From the NCBI RefSeq assembly GCF_018350175.1, contig NC_058368.1:191582001-191646000 (forward strand): DNA of 64,000 nucleotides, given 5' to 3'. Position 1 is the first letter of the stretch. Every line of letters starts with the position of its first letter. Below the pieces are notes generated by a model. That model saw nothing but the letters and a program-made list of their open reading frames with translations. It ran no database searches and was not told where the DNA came from. The position numbers and the translations under genes are program-made. This document shows positions 62,141 to 64,000 of this stretch, piece after piece. Source of the stretch: Felis catus (lineage: Eukaryota).

Positions 62141-63869
62141 AAGCAAAAACGGAAAGATGTGGATGAAGAGTACTCTGGGTATAAGAAACAGCAAGTGCCA
62201 AGGCTGTAGGGAAGGCCCAAGCTTAGGTTTTTGAGAAAGAGAAAGAAGGCTAGTATATTACAGAGCAGTAAGTGACACAGATAGTAGTGGTTGATGAGGT
62301 CTACAAAACATCCATAAGAGAATGTTAAAAGTAGTTCACTTATCTGAAATGAAGGGTCTGGAAGAGGCATTACTCAATGTTCCGTTAACTTTGAGACCGT
62401 TTGAAGGGGCTAACATACTAACATACTGCAGGTCACCTACCAAGAGTAAGTATGTAGGCTCAGATTCAGATGTCCCCAGTGAGCAAGGCTCAGCACGCAC
62501 CAACCACCCTCCTCCCCTCCACAGTGACCAATCTGGGAATCAGTAGAGGGGGCCAAGAGCTGAGTTTCTGATCCTCGAGCACCATGCTTCTCAGGGTGTT
62601 GGCAGTTTGACCCTACAGGAAGCAAATGACTGACCTGGGCAGCACATGCAGCAGCCTGCCCAGGATCTACTGGAATCAGCCCCCTACATAGCACCAGCTT
62701 AGACCAGTAGGTCTGCTTATCATGTGGGGAACTCATGGATCCACCTACCCTGGGAACTGGTCAGAATAGGACCTGCATGGGTCTAATCTAATCTTGGTGA
62801 GCCAGCTAGGTGATTTTGGACGTAATCTGTAAAAGGAAGACAGATAACAGTACACATCTCACAAATCATGGTGAGGATTTAGAGGTAAAGCACGGAGCCT
62901 GGCACAGAGAATTGTTCAATAAATGTTAGTGATCATTCTTAGAGATGATCACATCTTGCTCTCAGCTAAAAATAATCTGGCAATAAATATCTGAGAGCTA
63001 CTTCCAATTATTGACTGCTGAATGATAACATATCCTTCTGTGCTTGCATAAGAATGGAATTTGGGCAGTATTCAGCCCAAAAAACACAGTATTAAATCAA
63101 TACCTCATGTACCAGGGCAGGCCCTCAGGAAAGATGGGCCAAGGAAAGTGGGTATTGTCATGGAAAGACCATAAGCTCCAGACTCATTCACACATGGATT
63201 CATATCCAAATCCCCATTTTATTATATTTCATGATTTTGTGGATCAGACATTCGAGTAGGGCTTAACTGAATGATTCTTATGTTCCATGTGGCAACAACT
63301 GGGTTGCCTGGGGATGTTCAGCAGGCAGATGAACTGATCTAGAGCTCGAAGAAGTTCCATGAAAGCTTTCCTCACATACCCTGCTCCTTGGTGACCACTC
63401 TCCATAGAGTCACAGGATGCGTTCACTCGGACTCTCCAGCAGGCAAGTTGGAACTCTCAGACTCCCTGAGACCAGGACAAGTGCTACTGGTCTCTGGCTG
63501 CCAAGACTACACTTGCCTTGATGTCACTTCCACATACTCCAAGTCCAGCCCAGGTTCAAGAGAAGAGGGAACGCTTCTTGATAAAAAGACAATCAACGAA
63601 TTTGTGGCCATCTTTAATGTGCTATAGTAGCTAACACTAGGAATAATAAGAACTTGGAAGGATGGTCAACTGGACTGAAAAGCTGTTATCTCCATGCATT
63701 AGCCAGTCTCCAGCCCCTTATTTCTTCCTCTTTATATCTGCAGCACTTCCTCTATTAAGACTCACCCCGTATGCAGTGACAGGTGTAAGCCATCCTGCTA
63801 ACTGACATGCAAAATGATATTTTGCAGAGCACCTTGATTGCGCCATTCATCCAAGAATATCCAAGTCCT

Positions 63870-64000
63870 CTGCAAACAATAATTAAGCCTCTGCGCCCCC
63901 GTAATGTTCCATTATCTTTTCTTTATAGATGGAGAAGCACTGAGCCCAGAAGAGTGAATTTGCCAAGGTCACCGGAGTTGGTGACAGAGCTTTGAAGGAA
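63870..64000 (-). mobile_element. MIR (truncated by window end)
   Basis: TTTATAGATGGAGAAGCACTGAGCCCAGA..TTTGCCAAGGTCAC. Confidence 0.7.

Noticed and set aside
1..64000. CRISPR array, operon or inserted prokaryotic/synthetic segment
   Set aside because: No regularly spaced repeat-spacer array, no long codon-biased ORFs, and no compositional break other than the CpG island; the whole window reads as carnivore genomic DNA.

Overview
This is mammalian genomic DNA, almost certainly from a carnivore and most likely a felid: about 25 tRNA-derived CanSINE/SINEC copies, several resembling the cat-specific type, plus carnivore L1 3' ends. I find no supportable protein-coding CDS, RNA gene or CRISPR array; the listed ORFs are explained by repeats, microsatellites or the GC-rich island. 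The one clear gene-associated feature is a CpG-island promoter (~12.3-14.6 kb). It has a strong minus-strand splice donor, so it probably carries a non-coding first exon of a large gene or lncRNA running leftwards; I cannot name the gene. The rest is transposon landscape, with a ~14 kb nested structure at 34.4-48.5 kb. There, an ancient + strand ERV-L provirus (LTR16-type 3' LTR) has been split by a MER58-like DNA transposon, a second ERV-L provirus in the opposite orientation, and a 5 kb L1 with a 5' inversion and an apparent 3' transduction. Repeat family names come from recall of consensus sequences, not from a search, and boundaries of old repeats are approximate. I found no evidence of a previously undescribed biological system; the best findings are retrotransposition-mechanism signatures and the promoter/uORF architecture.
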